From contig OZ336875.1 in the NCBI GenBank assembly GCA_965287045.1, positions 99,386,001 through 99,450,000 on the forward strand: 64,000 nucleotides of DNA, written 5' to 3'. The DNA is from Carcharhinus amblyrhynchos (taxonomy: Eukaryota). Shown here one piece after another: positions 49,759 through 62,500 of the stretch. Below the pieces are notes generated by a model that saw only the letters and a program-made list of their open reading frames with translations, was not told the DNA's origin and ran no database searches. The translations under genes and the position numbers were made by a program. Each line of letters begins with the position of its first letter. Within the stretch, counting starts at the first letter, position 1.

Positions 49759-50641
49759 TGTTAATGCTGGACAATCCAGATCCATAGAGAAACCTAGCTT
49801 CATAGTCGATGAAAGTTACTAAACAAATTCACAGGAGTTTGCTGACAAACTTTTAATACAAAGAATAAAATATTTTTAAAAGAAAAATGAACTATATTAC
49901 ATCAGATGACAAGGCTAGAAAGAGCTTAATACAAACACAAGATGATGATTCAAATTCGCACTGCTCTTTTACCCCAGCAATATCTTGACACATACAGAAA
50001 CCGGTGAAGGATAACCACTAGCTTGACAAGCGTTCCTCGCTTGGGACTAGCACACTTGCAAACAGTTTTCTTCTGGCAAATTCCTAAACATTCACTTGAT
50101 GCTTCTCATCCAACTCCTATCTCTCCCCAAGACCATGAAAAACTGCACTCTGAACTCATTTTCTTCAACTACAGAGCAAACAAATGAGTTCTTGCAACTC
50201 AAGTCTTCCAGTAGCACCTTTACTAATCTAATCACTTTACTGAATCACATAATTGATTATTCGTTAATTATTGTCCCACTAGCCTTGCAGTTTTCCTTCT
50301 CCGAGAGCTTGAAATCCCTCTGACACACACTGAGCAACACCTCTCTCATATCTTGTCATATCTGTGTTACTGAATCACTGTCACCAGGCAACAGTAAAGC
50401 TTTTCTACTTATTTTCATTTTTCAGAATTGCCAATCTTTCAACCCCCTTTAACCCATCAACTTCAGGGGTTGTAAGACCTCGTTAAAAACATATATATAA
50501 GCAAATCACAAGTCTATTCGGACCCCCAGGCACCAAGGTTCAAAAACAAGTCTGAAATGAAACCAATCCATTTTTACCTTTTAATTTCATCCTTCAATAA
50601 CATACAAATATACATTCAAAAATTATACGTGGTTCATAACA
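49759..50641 (-). mobile_element. Solo-LTR-like element
   Basis: Termini TGTTAATG...TTCATAACA; minus-strand attaaa about 90 bp from the end. No clean TSD. Confidence 0.4.
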
Positions 50642-51243
50642 AGAGCCCACTGCATACTTTACTCCATTCAAAAAAAAAATCACTCATTCCCCTGTACTTT
50701 TTGTAATCTAGTCTGTAGTCAATTGCAAACCCAAGTTATGACTGTGCCTTTAATACTATGTGCTTCTATTTTCTGAGAAAGAATTAATGTTGTATTCCAA
50801 CAAATGCGTCTTTCAAAGATTATGAGGAAACATTAGATTAGACCAAAAAACAGGCACGCATATCTCAAAGCTTGATTAACCCATGTCCATTCAGAGCAAT
50901 GCAAACTGCCTGGTAATTTAAATGAAAGCCCAGCACTGAACAGTATTGAATGGCTGTGCAAATCAGCAACAGGTTCAAGTGTGTAAGGCTGGTACCACTT
51001 AAAGCTGACCCGCATTAGGCACTGGAATTAGCTGCAGAAGACATTCTGAGCATAAGGAAGAATAGGAAATGACAACAGGTCAAAGAAGACTCCAGGGTTT
51101 CCAATGCAACACCACAGTTCCGTGTCTTCCTTATCCTTTTTCTCCTCCTCCTGGACTGCTAACTGTTGTAAGCACTATGACATCATGAAGGCCAGGGTGT
51201 GGAAAATACAGCAGATCATGAATCAGGAGTGTATATCCTGACT

Positions 51244-51650
51244 ATGGTACACATTGGTACAAACAACATAGAGATTAGGTGCTAAAAGATTATAGGGAGT
51301 TAGGAAGAAAGTTGAAAAATAGGACCTCAAAAGGTAGCAATCTCAGGAATACTACCAATGTCACGTGCTAGCCAGAATAGAAACAGCAGGATATTTTGGA
51401 TGTATATGTGGCTGAAGAGAGTGTGGGGCGAGGAGGGGGGGGAAGGTGTTCAGATTCCTGAGATAAGTTCTGGGAAGGTGTAGCAGGTACAATCTGGATC
51501 CTAAGCTGCAGTAGGTGCTAAAGACGGTTAGCCTTCATAGCAGGAGGAGTCAAGAGCAGGTGCAGGGATACCTTGCTGCAATTATACAGGGCCTTGGTGA
51601 GGCCACATCTGGAATAGTGTGTGCAGTTTTGGTCTCCTTACCAGAGGAAG
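51244..51650 (+). mobile_element. Internally deleted CR1: ORF1 SGNH-esterase relic joined to ORF2 C-terminus
   Basis: MVHIGTNNI...YRELGRKLKNRTSK/VAISGILPMSRA...MWLKR, then LLQLYRALVRPHLE*CVQFWSPY. Confidence 0.68.
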
Positions 51651-52249
51651 AGTCATAGAATCCTTACTGGGGAGAAGGTGGCCATTCAGCCCATCAAGTC
51701 TGCACTGACTCTGATCAGAGTGTCTTATCTTGTCTTGAAAAAAATGTGGAGGTTGTGGGTTTGGGAGTTGCTGTTGGAGGAATCTTGGTGAGTTGCTGCA
51801 TTGCAACTTGTATATGCTGCACAGCGCTGCCACAGTGTTCCCCTGATGAAGGGAGTGAATATTTGCGAAAGAGGAGTTGATCAAGTGGGCAGCTTTGTCA
51901 CTCAACTGCACCCTGGGCCACATCAAAGCCCCATGAACATTGGAGAGGAGTGAAGCAATCAGGGAGAATACCATGAACTCCTGTCTCCTGCTGTAAAGAG
52001 AACCTGTTAACTTTGTTGTAGGAATGTGCTTCTACAACTTCGAAGAGGTGAATTTTTTAAAAAAAACTGAGAGCAAGGGGAAGAAATCCTTCCTGCTACT
52101 GAACGCATGTTCAACTCTACACATTTAACAGAGGGTGTTATAGCTGAAGCGGTGGGGTCAAAAATGGCTGTAGTGACATAATTTCAGCAATCCACACTGA
52201 TTGCTATGATCTGTTTGCTCTGCATACTTCCAGCACACACTCTTAACAG

Positions 52250-52552
52250 AGGGCAGCACAGTGACACAGTGGTTAGCCTCACAGCACTAGGGACCTGGTT
52301 TCGATTCCAAGTCTGGGTGACTGTCCGTGCAGAGTCTGCACATTGTCACCGTGTCTGCATGGGTTTCCTCCAGGTGTTCCAGTTTCCTCTCTCCATCCAA
52401 AGGACATGCTGGTTAAGAGCATTGGCCATGCTAAATTCTCCCCCAATGTACCCAAACAGGCACCGGAATGTGACAGCTAAGGGATTTTCATAGTAATTTC
52501 ATTGCAGTATTAATGTAAGCCTACTTGTGGCACAAATAAAGAAACTTTAAAC
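52250..52552 (+). mobile_element. tRNA/V-type SINE, tail type B
   Basis: gggcagcacagtgacacagtggttagc...ttcattgcagtattaatgtaagcctacttgtgg...aaactttaaa. Confidence 0.82.
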
Positions 52553-52729
52553 CTGTGCTAATGCCCCATCAAGATGGCATTCAGCATGGGCCATGCCAGA
52601 AGTGCACAAATGCCATCCTGGAATCAAAATAGCACGTGTGACACCAAAACTATGGGAGGAACAGAGCCCAACTGAGCAATCAAAATCTTGAGCCAACTGG
52701 GGAACTCAATTTTTGAATGCCTTTTTTTC

Positions 52730-53560
52730 ATCCCTTACGGGAGTGTGTCTAGTCGGCATCCAAACTACGTTCCCCTTTGAAGGCCTCCCACAACTCATTT
52801 ATTGTTTTACCTGATTCCAACTCAGTTGGAAAATATTCTGTCCTGTTCGGCATTTTCATGTTTGATTGCTCTTTGTTCTTCTCCAAAACTATTCTAAATC
52901 TAATGGTATTGTGATCACTGTTTGCCAGATGCTCCTCCGTTGGAAAGGAAACAAACATTAGCCTTGCCAGTGACGCCTACCTCCACAAATGATTAAGTTA
53001 AAAAAAAATCCACTCACCCCACTTCATTCCCCAGAATCAGATCCAGTCCAGCTTTTTGTTGAGCTGAAAAGATGCCGATCAAGAAAGTTCCCTTGTGTGC
53101 ATTTCAGGAATTCTCCCCCCTCGTTGTCCTCAAGAGATATTTTCTCTAGTCTATATTAGAATAATTGAAATCCTGATTGTCTCTTCTCTACAATTCGTAC
53201 ACCTTTCTGTACTGTGATTGCAAATTTTCTGCTCTCTTTCCCACTATTTGTTTGCCTTTGCTAAGTAGCAGAATAGCTCCCCTATTGTTCTGGAATTCTC
53301 ACCATATGGATTGCTTTCAAACCCTCAAGGACATCCTTTTCCAGCAGTGTGACACTGCCAGTCCCTCCCTTTTTCCCCTTTCCCTATCAATTCCTAATCC
53401 TTCCTTTGTTTCAACCACTATTTATCATTATTAAATTATAATGCCATGTGACAATCTGTGCCTGCAGCTCAACAAGCTATCCATTTGCGCGTTTCCACTC
53501 CAAGCCCATTTGAGTATACCTCGCGTTTCACCCTCCCCATCTGATCCCTCCTACTTCTGG
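52730..53560 (-). mobile_element. Old CR1 endonuclease-region fragment
   Basis: ORF 52749-52958 EHLANSDHNTIRFRIV...LWEAFK. Confidence 0.6.
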
Positions 53561-54174
53561 ACATGAGCCAGAGAGGAATTGGCAGATTGTGCGCCAGCTT
53601 TCTTCCTGCCATTTGTTTTACTTCAGGATACTTACCCAAAACTGGGTATTCTCTAACAACTAGCATGTGCTATAAAATTCATACCACGACAAACATCACA
53701 TGCAATTGGACATCTGCCAAAAGAACAGTCAACTCATAAATTATTCCTTTCCATGTTTCTGGCTCCTATATTTCCTGACACAATAACCCCGCCAACATCA
53801 TTTCTCTCATACAGTGCCTGCACTCCCCTGTGCTGGCTGTCTTATCTTCCAGTATTTCTGATCGCATGACACTGCAGCAGCAGCTGTCAAGACTCCACTG
53901 CTACTGCACTTGCAGTTGAGCACCAAATGGGAGCAGAGTAGCTCATCCAAGATCAGAAAATGACCCAAGCTGAATGATCCCATAATTAAACATTTGAGAA
54001 AACAATAGCAGAAACTATGTAGGTCACCGTATGGCAATATACTAACAGGTAGAATTTTTCTAAAATGATTTGTTAGTCTGCAAAAAAAAATTAAGAATTT
54101 ATCAATGGAAATCTATATAATTTTAGATGTCATGGAATGCTAACAGGGAACAAAACTGGATAGCATCCTCTATT

Positions 54175-54400
54175 GAGTTTGTACATTGTCGCCGTGTCTG
54201 CGTGGGTTTCCCCTGGTTTCCTCCCACAGCCAAAAGATGTCCAGCTTAGGTTGTTAGGCCATGCTAAATTGCCCCTTAGTGTCAGGGAGACTAGCAGGGT
54301 AAATATGTGGGTTGAAGGGGATAGGGCCTGGGTGGGATTGTTGTCAGTGCAGACTTGATGGGCTGAATGGGCACCTCCTTGCACTGCCGGGATTCTATGA
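54175..54400 (+). mobile_element. 5'-truncated HE1-like SINE, tail type A
   Basis: gtgtctgcgtgggtttcc...gtgcagacttgatgggctgaatgg...gggattctatga. Confidence 0.82.
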
Positions 54401-55669
54401 TAGTATTATACACAAAACTTGGACCTCAAGAATTTGAAGAAAAAAACAGAAGTAGTTTTCAGTAACAAGGACACTGATGTGGTTGCCAAACTTCTGGAAC
54501 AGCTGTGTACATTCTGTAGTCTTCAGAATTCATTAAAGCGAGGAGAGTCGTAATAACCTCAACAACAATATACCTTGCTCAAGGAAGGGGATATAAATGA
54601 GAGTGATGACAGCGATCATCCCAGAAATTGATGATAAAATATATCTAGAGTTTATAGCATCTTTTAGTCCTTCATAATGGATTATTTCACAACACGTCAA
54701 ATACAATCCTTTTTGTTATGTAAGCAAACATAGCAACAAATTTACAGCAATAAAATCTCCAAATTATCAATGAGTGACCATTTGAACTGTTTATAGTAAT
54801 CATCACAAATTCTGCATCACCTGCCACTCCCATAAGCATACTGGTGTTTCCTACCACCAACAGAACATTTTAATTGCACAAGATTTAGTTAAACAATAAC
54901 ATCACCTGAAAGATTGTAACAATACAATCTCTTGTTGAGGGGAACAGATACTATAATCTCATCTGTCATCATGTCTTTCTAGAAAATAGGCCAAAAAGCA
55001 TTCTCGTGTAATGTTGCCAATAAAATAGTTTATTCTGCATCCAACATGTGAATGAGCAGGATATAGTTTCCATAATTCTTTCACTCTTGGGTCATAAATC
55101 ACCAAAGTACAGAACAGTGCACCAGACTTCAACCCGGCATCAGTTCAAAGGAATAGGCAGCTGGAAAGGCATTTCTAAAGGGCCAAAATATTGCTCTGCA
55201 TAGGGATGCAAGAGGAATATCAGAGGCAAGAAGGTCTCAAACTAAAGGGCAAAGGAAGCAGACTGAAGCTAGCTTTTATTAGTTCCATTGGTTGTGTCAT
55301 ATTTGGACTTATTTTGCCAGTTTTTACTGTCTGGTATAGACAAATGTGCCGGACAGGACATTTTAGCGCATGTTGCCATCAGCACAGACTGCAATGAAAA
55401 TTTTAAGGTAATTTCTGCAATCCAGGAAAGTTTTGTCCCAACCAAACAGGAGGCAACTGAAATGGTAATCTAAATTATGTGTTAATATTTTAGATTGGGA
55501 TTTGAAACTAGAACTTCCTGATTCAAGAACATCAGATTCATTCAGTTTATAACATGGGCCAACCTCCCATTTTCCATGCTACAAAAAGTGTATTCATCCA
55601 AAACTTTCCTGCCCGTATCATAACTCACACCAACTCCTGTTCAGCCACCACTAGTGTGCTTGCTCACCT

Positions 55670-57500
55670 AGATACTTTCTGTACCTGCAGACGAACCTTT
55701 TGCCACTGATACACCAGGGCATAGACCCCTCTGTACAATCTCTCTGTTTATAGTAGTTTTTTTTTATTATCTTCTATTCCAAAATGGACAAATTCACTCA
55801 TGTTAGAGTATAACTGCCAAACTTTTGCCACTCATAATCTGCCCATATCCTTTTGTAGGCTCTCTACTTCATCTTGACAACTTACTTTCCTACCTATCTT
55901 ATTATCATCAGCAAATTTAGCTATTGTATTCTTTGGTCCCTTCATCTGAGTTATTGATAGAGTCTACAAATACTTGAGGACCCAGCAGTAACTCCTGTGG
56001 AATTCCTCATTACAGCTTGCCAACCTGAAAATGATCCATTTATCTTTACTCTCCTGTTTCCTGTTAGCTGACCAATCCTTTATCCAAGCTAATATGCTCC
56101 CCCACACCATGTGCTCTTGTCTTATGAAGAACTCTTAAGAAATCCAAGTACACCACATCTACAGGTTCCCTTTATCAATCTTCAATGTTACTTCATTGAA
56201 AACACATCTACTAAATGAATCAACATTTCCCATTTACAAAGCCACGCTGGCTCTGTCTGATCACATTGTGATTCTCTAAGTATCCTGACATAATGTCCTT
56301 AAATGACAGTTCTAACACTTTCCTAATGATAACATTAGGCTAACTGGCCTATAGTTCCAGGCTTTCTGACTCCCTCCTTTCTTGAACAAGGGAGTTACAT
56401 TTGCTACGGGACCATTGTAGAATCAATGGAACTTGGGAAGATTATAACCAACGCATCTACGAATTGTGACATCACATCTTTGCTCCTTTTAAGACTCTAG
56501 GATGCAGGCTATCCGGTCCAGGAGACATATCAGTATTTAGGTCTAATACTTTTCCCGGGTGATGGTGATTAATTTCAAATCCATCTCTCCCTTTCACCTC
56601 TTGATTTATTACATTTGGCAGTTTTTAAAATCTTCAGCAGTGAACTCAGCCAAAATATTCAATGCCTCCATAATTTCTTTGTTTCCCATGATCAATTCCT
56701 GACTCTCTTTCTTTCTCTTGAGAAGACCAACACTTGCTTTAGTTACTCTTTTCCTATTCAAATAAATATAGAAACTCTGATTATCTGTTTTTAAAGTGCA
56801 AGCTAACTTCCTCTTGTATTCTGTTTTCTGCCTTGATCTTTTCAGTCATTCTTTGCTGGTTCTTAAAGCATGCAACACACAAGAAATAAAGTTTTAAAGT
56901 TCATTTATTAGTCACAACTAGGCTTACACAAAATAGAAGCAGGATCAGGCCACCTGGCCCTGCAATTAAATATGATCATGGCTGATCCATGCTGGTCTCA
57001 ACTCCTTGACTCTGTCATTTCCCTCTATTCCTCGATCTATCAAATATTTATCCACATCCACTTTAAATACTTCTAATGATCCAGCCACTACCGCCATTTG
57101 AGGCAGAGAATTTCAGAGATTCACCTCCCTCTGATAGGAATTTTCTACGCACCTCAGTTTTAATTGACAGGCTCTTTATCTTGTAGCTATGTCCCCTTGT
57201 TTGACACTCTCCAACTGGTGAAAACGTCTCACCATCTCACCTGTTGAGCCCCCTCAGGATCTTGTATGTTTGAATAAGGTAACCTCTTGTTCTTCTAAAC
57301 GCCAAGGAACACAGACTGGCCAGTCCTCTGACCTATCACTAACCTTTGCACATTGCTGCAGTTTTTCTTTCCATTTAATAATCCCCTTGACTTTATTATT
57401 TAGCTATGGGTGATGCATCTAACAGTTTCTCTCTCTGTCTGTGGGAGAGACTTTTGCTGTCTGCCACTACAATTCTACTGTCCTATCCTCAAACCTGGAT
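55670..57500 (-). mobile_element. Old CR1 RT region with nested younger CR1 tail (56930-57315)
   Basis: tcatcagcaaatttag (KFADD), ggctaactggcctatagtt (NYRPVSL) and tccggtccaggagac (SPGPD) in reverse. Confidence 0.72.
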
Positions 57501-57521
57501 TCTCAATTCACGCTGATTAAT

Positions 57522-57990
57522 GCAAAAATACTGTGGATGCTGGAATCTGAAACAAAAACTGAAAATGCTAGAAAATCACAGCAGGTTTGACAGCTTCTGT
57601 GGAGAGAGAATAGAGGTGGTACGGTGGCTAGCACAGCTGCCTCACAACTCCAGGGACCCAGGTTCGATTCCCAGCTTGGGTCACTGCTCATGCAGAGTCT
57701 GCACATTCTCCTCATGTCTGCGTGGGTTTCCTCCAGGGTGCTCTGGTTTCCTCCTACAGTCTGAAAGATGTGCTGGTTAAGTGCATCGGTCATGCTAAAT
57801 TCTCCCTCAGCGTACCCGAACAGGCACCGGAGTGTGGTGACTAGGCTATTTTCACAGTAACTTCATTGCGTGTTGATGTAAGCCTACTTGTGACACTAAA
57901 TTAAAAACTTTACCTTTAGAGCTAACGTTCCGAGTCTGGATGCCCCTTCGGATGCCCTGCTGACAGTTTCCAGCATTTCCTGCTTTTGTT
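57522..57990. mobile_element. Fold-back Penelope-like relic (family P2) interrupted by a SINE
   Basis: Left arm aaaaactgaaaatgctagaaaatcacagcagg vs right arm cctgctgacagtttccagcatttcctgcttttgtt. The rejoined centre is an antisense hammerhead remnant. Confidence 0.6.
57616..57916 (+). mobile_element. tRNA/V-type SINE, tail type B, with 5-bp duplication TAGAG
   Basis: B box ggttcgattccc; tail gtaacttcattgcgtgttgatgtaagcctacttgtgacac; tagag at 57611-57615 and 57917-57921. Confidence 0.85.
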
Positions 57991-58170
57991 CACAATTCAT
58001 CCTGACCAGCCCTTCCTTAATCACACCATCATAGTTACATTTATTTAGCTTTAAAACACTAAAGAAACCACACTTCTCACTTTCAAATTGAACATGAAAT
58101 CCTATCATAGTGACCAATTAGGTACTCCATAAAAGAAATTGATTAATCTCATCTCATTGCACATTGAAAC

Positions 58171-58262
58171 TCCCAGCCCTTCTCTCTCTATTTCAGTACG
58201 AAGTCCCAGCCCTCCTCTCTCCATTTCAATATGAAGTCCCAGCCCTCCTCTCGCCGTTTCAA
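58171..58262. repeat. 33-bp minisatellite, ~2.8 copies
   Basis: Units tcccagccct(t/c)ctctc...tttca...gaag start at 58171, 58204 and 58237. Confidence 0.85.
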
Positions 58263-58299
58263 ACACACTATTTATATGAACAGTCCAGCTAACTCTGCA

Positions 58300-59290
58300 G
58301 TCAATAGCAATTCCAAGATGTTGATGATTGAAGATTCACTGATGGGAATACCATTGAATGCCAAGTGTGATGGCTCAATTCCTTCTTGAGATTCTCACTG
58401 ACTGGCACCAACATTACTTGCCACTTATTAGCCCAAGCCCAAATGTCGCCAAGGTCTTACTGCACACTTGCATGGACTGCTTCGGTATCTGAGGAGTTGT
58501 GAACATTCTCACTCTGATTTTATGACAGAAGAAAGTAATTGTGAAGCATCTGAAAATGGTTGGGCCTAAGATACCACCCTGAGGGACTCCTCTATTGATG
58601 TACTGGAACTGAGAAGATTGACATCCAACAGTGACTATCATCTTCCTTTTTGCTAGCCAGGACTCCAACCATTACAAAGTTTTCTGCTAGATTTCCACTT
58701 CAGTTTTGATTGGATTCCTTGAAACACAGTCAATCAAGTGTTATTTTAACACCAAGGGCAATCACTCTTACCTCACTTCTGGAGTTCAGTTCTTTTGTCC
58801 ATGTTTGGACAAAGACTGTGAGTGAACTTGGTAAAACTCAGACTGAGCATTGGTGAGCAGGCTGTTGCTCAGCATGTGTCATGTGATAGCACCAATGACC
58901 CCCTTCCATCACTTTACAGATGATTGAGAGTAGACTGATGGAGCTTAATTGGCTGGATTGAAATTGTCCTGCTTCTTCTGGATATGAAATACCTGGACAA
59001 TATTCCACATCACCAGGTAAATGCCTTTGTGTTCACTGGACTGGAACAGCCTGATTACAGGCGTTAGCAGTTCTGCAGAATAAATCTTCAGTGCTACAGC
59101 CAGATGGAATGTTATCAAGTCTCGGAGCCATTGCTGTGGCCATTGATTTCACGTGATGTCAAGAAATAGGCAAGGAGAATTAGCTGAACTCTAGCATCAG
59201 TAATGGCAAGGACAGCAGGGAAGAGGTTGGATTTGTCCTTCTGGCTGAAGATGGTTGGAAATCCAATAGTCTTGTTTTTTGCATGAGCAA
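58300..59290 (-). mobile_element. Crack/L2-like LINE RT fragment
   Basis: ORF 58414-58668 ESWLAKRKMIVTVGCQSS...GVPQGGILGPTIF. Confidence 0.72.
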
Positions 59291-59892
59291 AAGACATTGG
59301 ACTCTGTCATGTTATACTTCAAAGAAAAAGGTGTGAACACAAATTGACATCAAGAGAATAAAGGCATATTTTATTTTGTTTGCTCTGCCAGAGACACTTG
59401 CCAGCCACAGGAGTGTCAATAGTTTCAATCTTTAAGTCTACAATTAGGCAATAAGATTCATTTTGCTCCACAAAGAATAGAGTATTCATCATTATTCAAG
59501 AAATGCTTTTTGTAAAATGCTTGTAAAATGCGTTTATTTACAGTTCAGTGCACCAAGCAGATGAATGCTTAAGCAAAGAATAGTCTGCATTTAGAATAAG
59601 CAGCTGGTTAGTAGGAACTTTGGTGAGTGATGCACATGTTATTTGCCTGTACTAACATTGCTCAAACCAGGGCTCCTCATGTCACATCAATCAGTTATGT
59701 TAGATGTTTTCTGTGTGCTGTTCTGGGAGGAAGCAACCACACGTCAGGGCATCCCTGGATGAACTAGAAGTCAGCAACTGAAACATTTACCAAATATCTT
59801 TGTACAGAATACATTCTAAATATATAAACAGAGAAACTGTTCCTCCTTCTGCATTCTCTTTGCGCCTAGCTGATGACATCTTCGACCGGTCT

Positions 59893-60270
59893 ATTTTTTT
59901 CTGTCCTTCCACAGGATCCAGACATCATTGGCAGGCCAGTATTCATTACCCATCCCTAACTGCCCCTGAAATGAATAGATTGCTTGGCCATTTCAGAGTC
60001 ACCCACGTTGCTGTGAATCCGAAATCAGGTTTGGGCAAGAACAGGTCAAGATGGCAAATTTCCTTCCCTAAAGGATATGAGTGAACTGGATGGGTTTGGA
60101 CGACAATTGATGTCAGTTGCCATGGTCACAGTTACTGAGACTAGCTATATATATTCCTGATTTATTAATGCAATTTAAGTTCCATCAGCTGGTGAACCCA
60201 TGTTCCCAGAACACTAACCTGGGCTTTTGGATTACTCCACCCAGTGACATTGCCAGTATGTCACTGTCTT
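59893..60270 (-). mobile_element. tRNA-derived SINE family C
   Basis: ggccagtattcattacccatccctaactgcccctga...caaatttccttccctaaagga...ggattactccacccagtgacattgcc. Confidence 0.75.
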
Positions 60271-60304
60271 CCTCGCTACCCAACCCTCACACGGACTCTC
60301 TGCT

Positions 60305-60548
60305 TGGATTGGTTAGCAGTTCTCTCATCTGAGTCACAAAGTCCCTGGTTCAAAACCCACTCCAGAACTTGAGCAGAAAAGTTGATGTTAACACTTCAAT
60401 GCAGTATTGAAGATATTTTTCATGGTTAAAGGTCAACAAGTCTTGGATGAGATAATAAATTGCCTGCTCTGGGGCATGTAAAACATTTCATGGCACTATT
60501 TTGAAGAGCCAGGAACATATTCTGGCCAATATTTACTGCTTAATCAGA
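60305..60548 (+). mobile_element. DeuSINE 5' part
   Basis: ggttagcagttctctcatctgagtcacaaag...ggttcaaaacccactccagaacttgagc...catggcactattttgaagag. Confidence 0.6.
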
Positions 60549-60554
60549 TATACA

Positions 60555-61310
60555 TATGAAGTAGGAGTAGGCCATTCAGCCCTCTCCAGCCAGCTTCACT
60601 ATTTGATAAGATCACGGCTAATCTGATTGTGGCCTCAAATCTACTTCCCAATCTATCTGCTAAATCCCTTTGCTCCCTTATCAATCAAGAATGTAACTCA
60701 GCCTTAAAAATATTCAATGGCCGTACCTCCACTGCTATCTAATTCTACAGATCAATGACCCTCCGAAGAAATTTCTTCACATTTTCATCTTAAAGGGAAA
60801 GCTCTATTTTTAAATTGTGTCACTTAGCTCTAATCTTTCCCACAAGTGGAAAGATCTTTTCAGAATCCACCCCATCAATTCTCCTTATAATCTTTCAGGT
60901 TTCACTCAGATCATCTCTCATTCTTCTCTATTGCAACGGATACAGGTCCAACCTATCCTCATGAGATAACCCCACATCCACAGGAATGAGTCAAGTGAAC
61001 TTCTCTGAACCATTTCTAATGCTTATTATATCCTTTCTCAAGTATGGAGATCAAAACTGTATAGTGTTCCTGATGTGGTCTCACCAAAGCCCTCATCAAC
61101 TGTAACAAAATTCCCCAACTTTTACATTCCATCCCCCTTGCAATAAACAATGACATTTCATCTGTATTCCTAATCACTTGTATCTGCATGCTAAAATTTG
61201 TGATTCATGTACCAGGACATCCAGATCCCTCTATACTCAGACTTCAGCAATCCCTCGATTCAAATAACATATTGCTTTTCTATTCTTCCTGCCAATGTAG
61301 ACAAATTTTC
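60555..61310 (-). mobile_element. Old CR1 3' fragment
   Basis: aggagtaggccattcagcc tail; ggagatcaaaactgtatagtgttcctgatgtggtctcacc. Confidence 0.72.
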
Positions 61311-61859
61311 CCACAAGTTATTCAAAACACAGAAGTTAATTTGGAACACCGATTCTTAATTGTTTATTTTGCGATTTGATGTAATGTGAGGAATGGTTAC
61401 GTCTTGTTTCATCATTCAAACAAAAGAATGTGCATAAACTGTAAAACAGACAAGAAAGGCCGCAATACAAAACTCAATTAATTGCAGTAATATGCACACA
61501 GTATACTTGAATTTATCCAGTTCCACATCTACATTCCATAATGTCCTTTGTCCTAAAATACCACTCCATAGTGTTTACTTTTAGGAGCCAAACCCAGCAA
61601 ATAATAACCACAAATGATTTATCTTTATCTAGGAAGTCTTCTTCTTGGATTCAGCTTAGGATCTGAGGTTTTCAAAACAACAGCTTTTTGCATAAGCATA
61701 ACCATGGCACTTTGTAGACTCTTACACCCTACCCACAATTTACCCCTCTTTGTATCATTTACAAATATAGCTACCATACATTTGCACTCTTCATCCAAAT
61801 TGTTATGTAGATTGTAGATAATTGATGCACCAGCACATCACTAATCACAACTTCATTAC

Positions 61860-62208
61860 GGATGGCATGGTAGCACAGTGGTTAGTACTGCTGCTTCACA
61901 GCTCCAGGGTCCTGGGTTCGATTCCCAGCTCGGGTCACTATCTGTGTGGAGTTTGCACATTCTCCTCATGTCTGCATGGGTTTCCTCCAGGTGCTCCAGT
62001 TTCCTCCCACAGCCCAAAGATGTGCGGGTTAGGTTGATTGGCCACGCTAAGAAATTGCCTCTTAGTGTCCAGGGATGCCTAAGTTAGAGGGATTAGTGGG
62101 TATAATACATAGGGATATGGGGGTAGGGCCTGGGTGGGATTGTGTTCGGTGCAGACTCGATGGGGCTGAAGGACCTCTTTCTACACTGTAGGGTTCTATG
62201 ATTCTATG
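61860..62208 (+). mobile_element. HE1-like V-SINE, tail type A, full length, inserted in a CR1 relic
   Basis: ggcatggtagcacagtggttagtac...gggttcgattccc...gtgcagactcgatggggctgaaggacctc...ttctatgattctatga. Confidence 0.88.
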
Positions 62209-62339
62209 AACTTGCCAACTCAAAAATGACCCATTTATTCTTTCTGTCTGTTTCCCATTAGCCAACCAATCCTTTGTCCATGCTAATATGTTTTCCCCTA
62301 TGCTGTGACCTCCTATTTTGCTTTGCAAACATCAGAACA

Positions 62340-62500
62340 ACAGGTTAGTCGGTCATTATCACATTGCTATTTGTGGGAGTTTGCTGTCTGCAAAGTTCAC
62401 AGCCATATTACCTGCATTACAAAAGTAACTACACTTCAAAAATACTTCATCAAGATGTCTGGTGGCTGTGAAAAATGCTGTTTAAATGCAAGTCTTTTGT
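62340..62500 (+). mobile_element. DeuSINE/L2-type 3' tail
   Basis: ggtcattatcacattgctatttgtgggagtttgctg...actacacttcaaaaatacttcat...aaatgcaagtcttt. Confidence 0.7.

Noticed and set aside
58171-58262. 33-bp repeats as a CRISPR-like array
   Set aside because: Head-to-tail units without unique spacers in a vertebrate context; an ordinary minisatellite.
59650-59770. TACTAAC branch point followed by ccag
   Set aside because: No pyrimidine tract, no matching donor and no meaningful reading frame.
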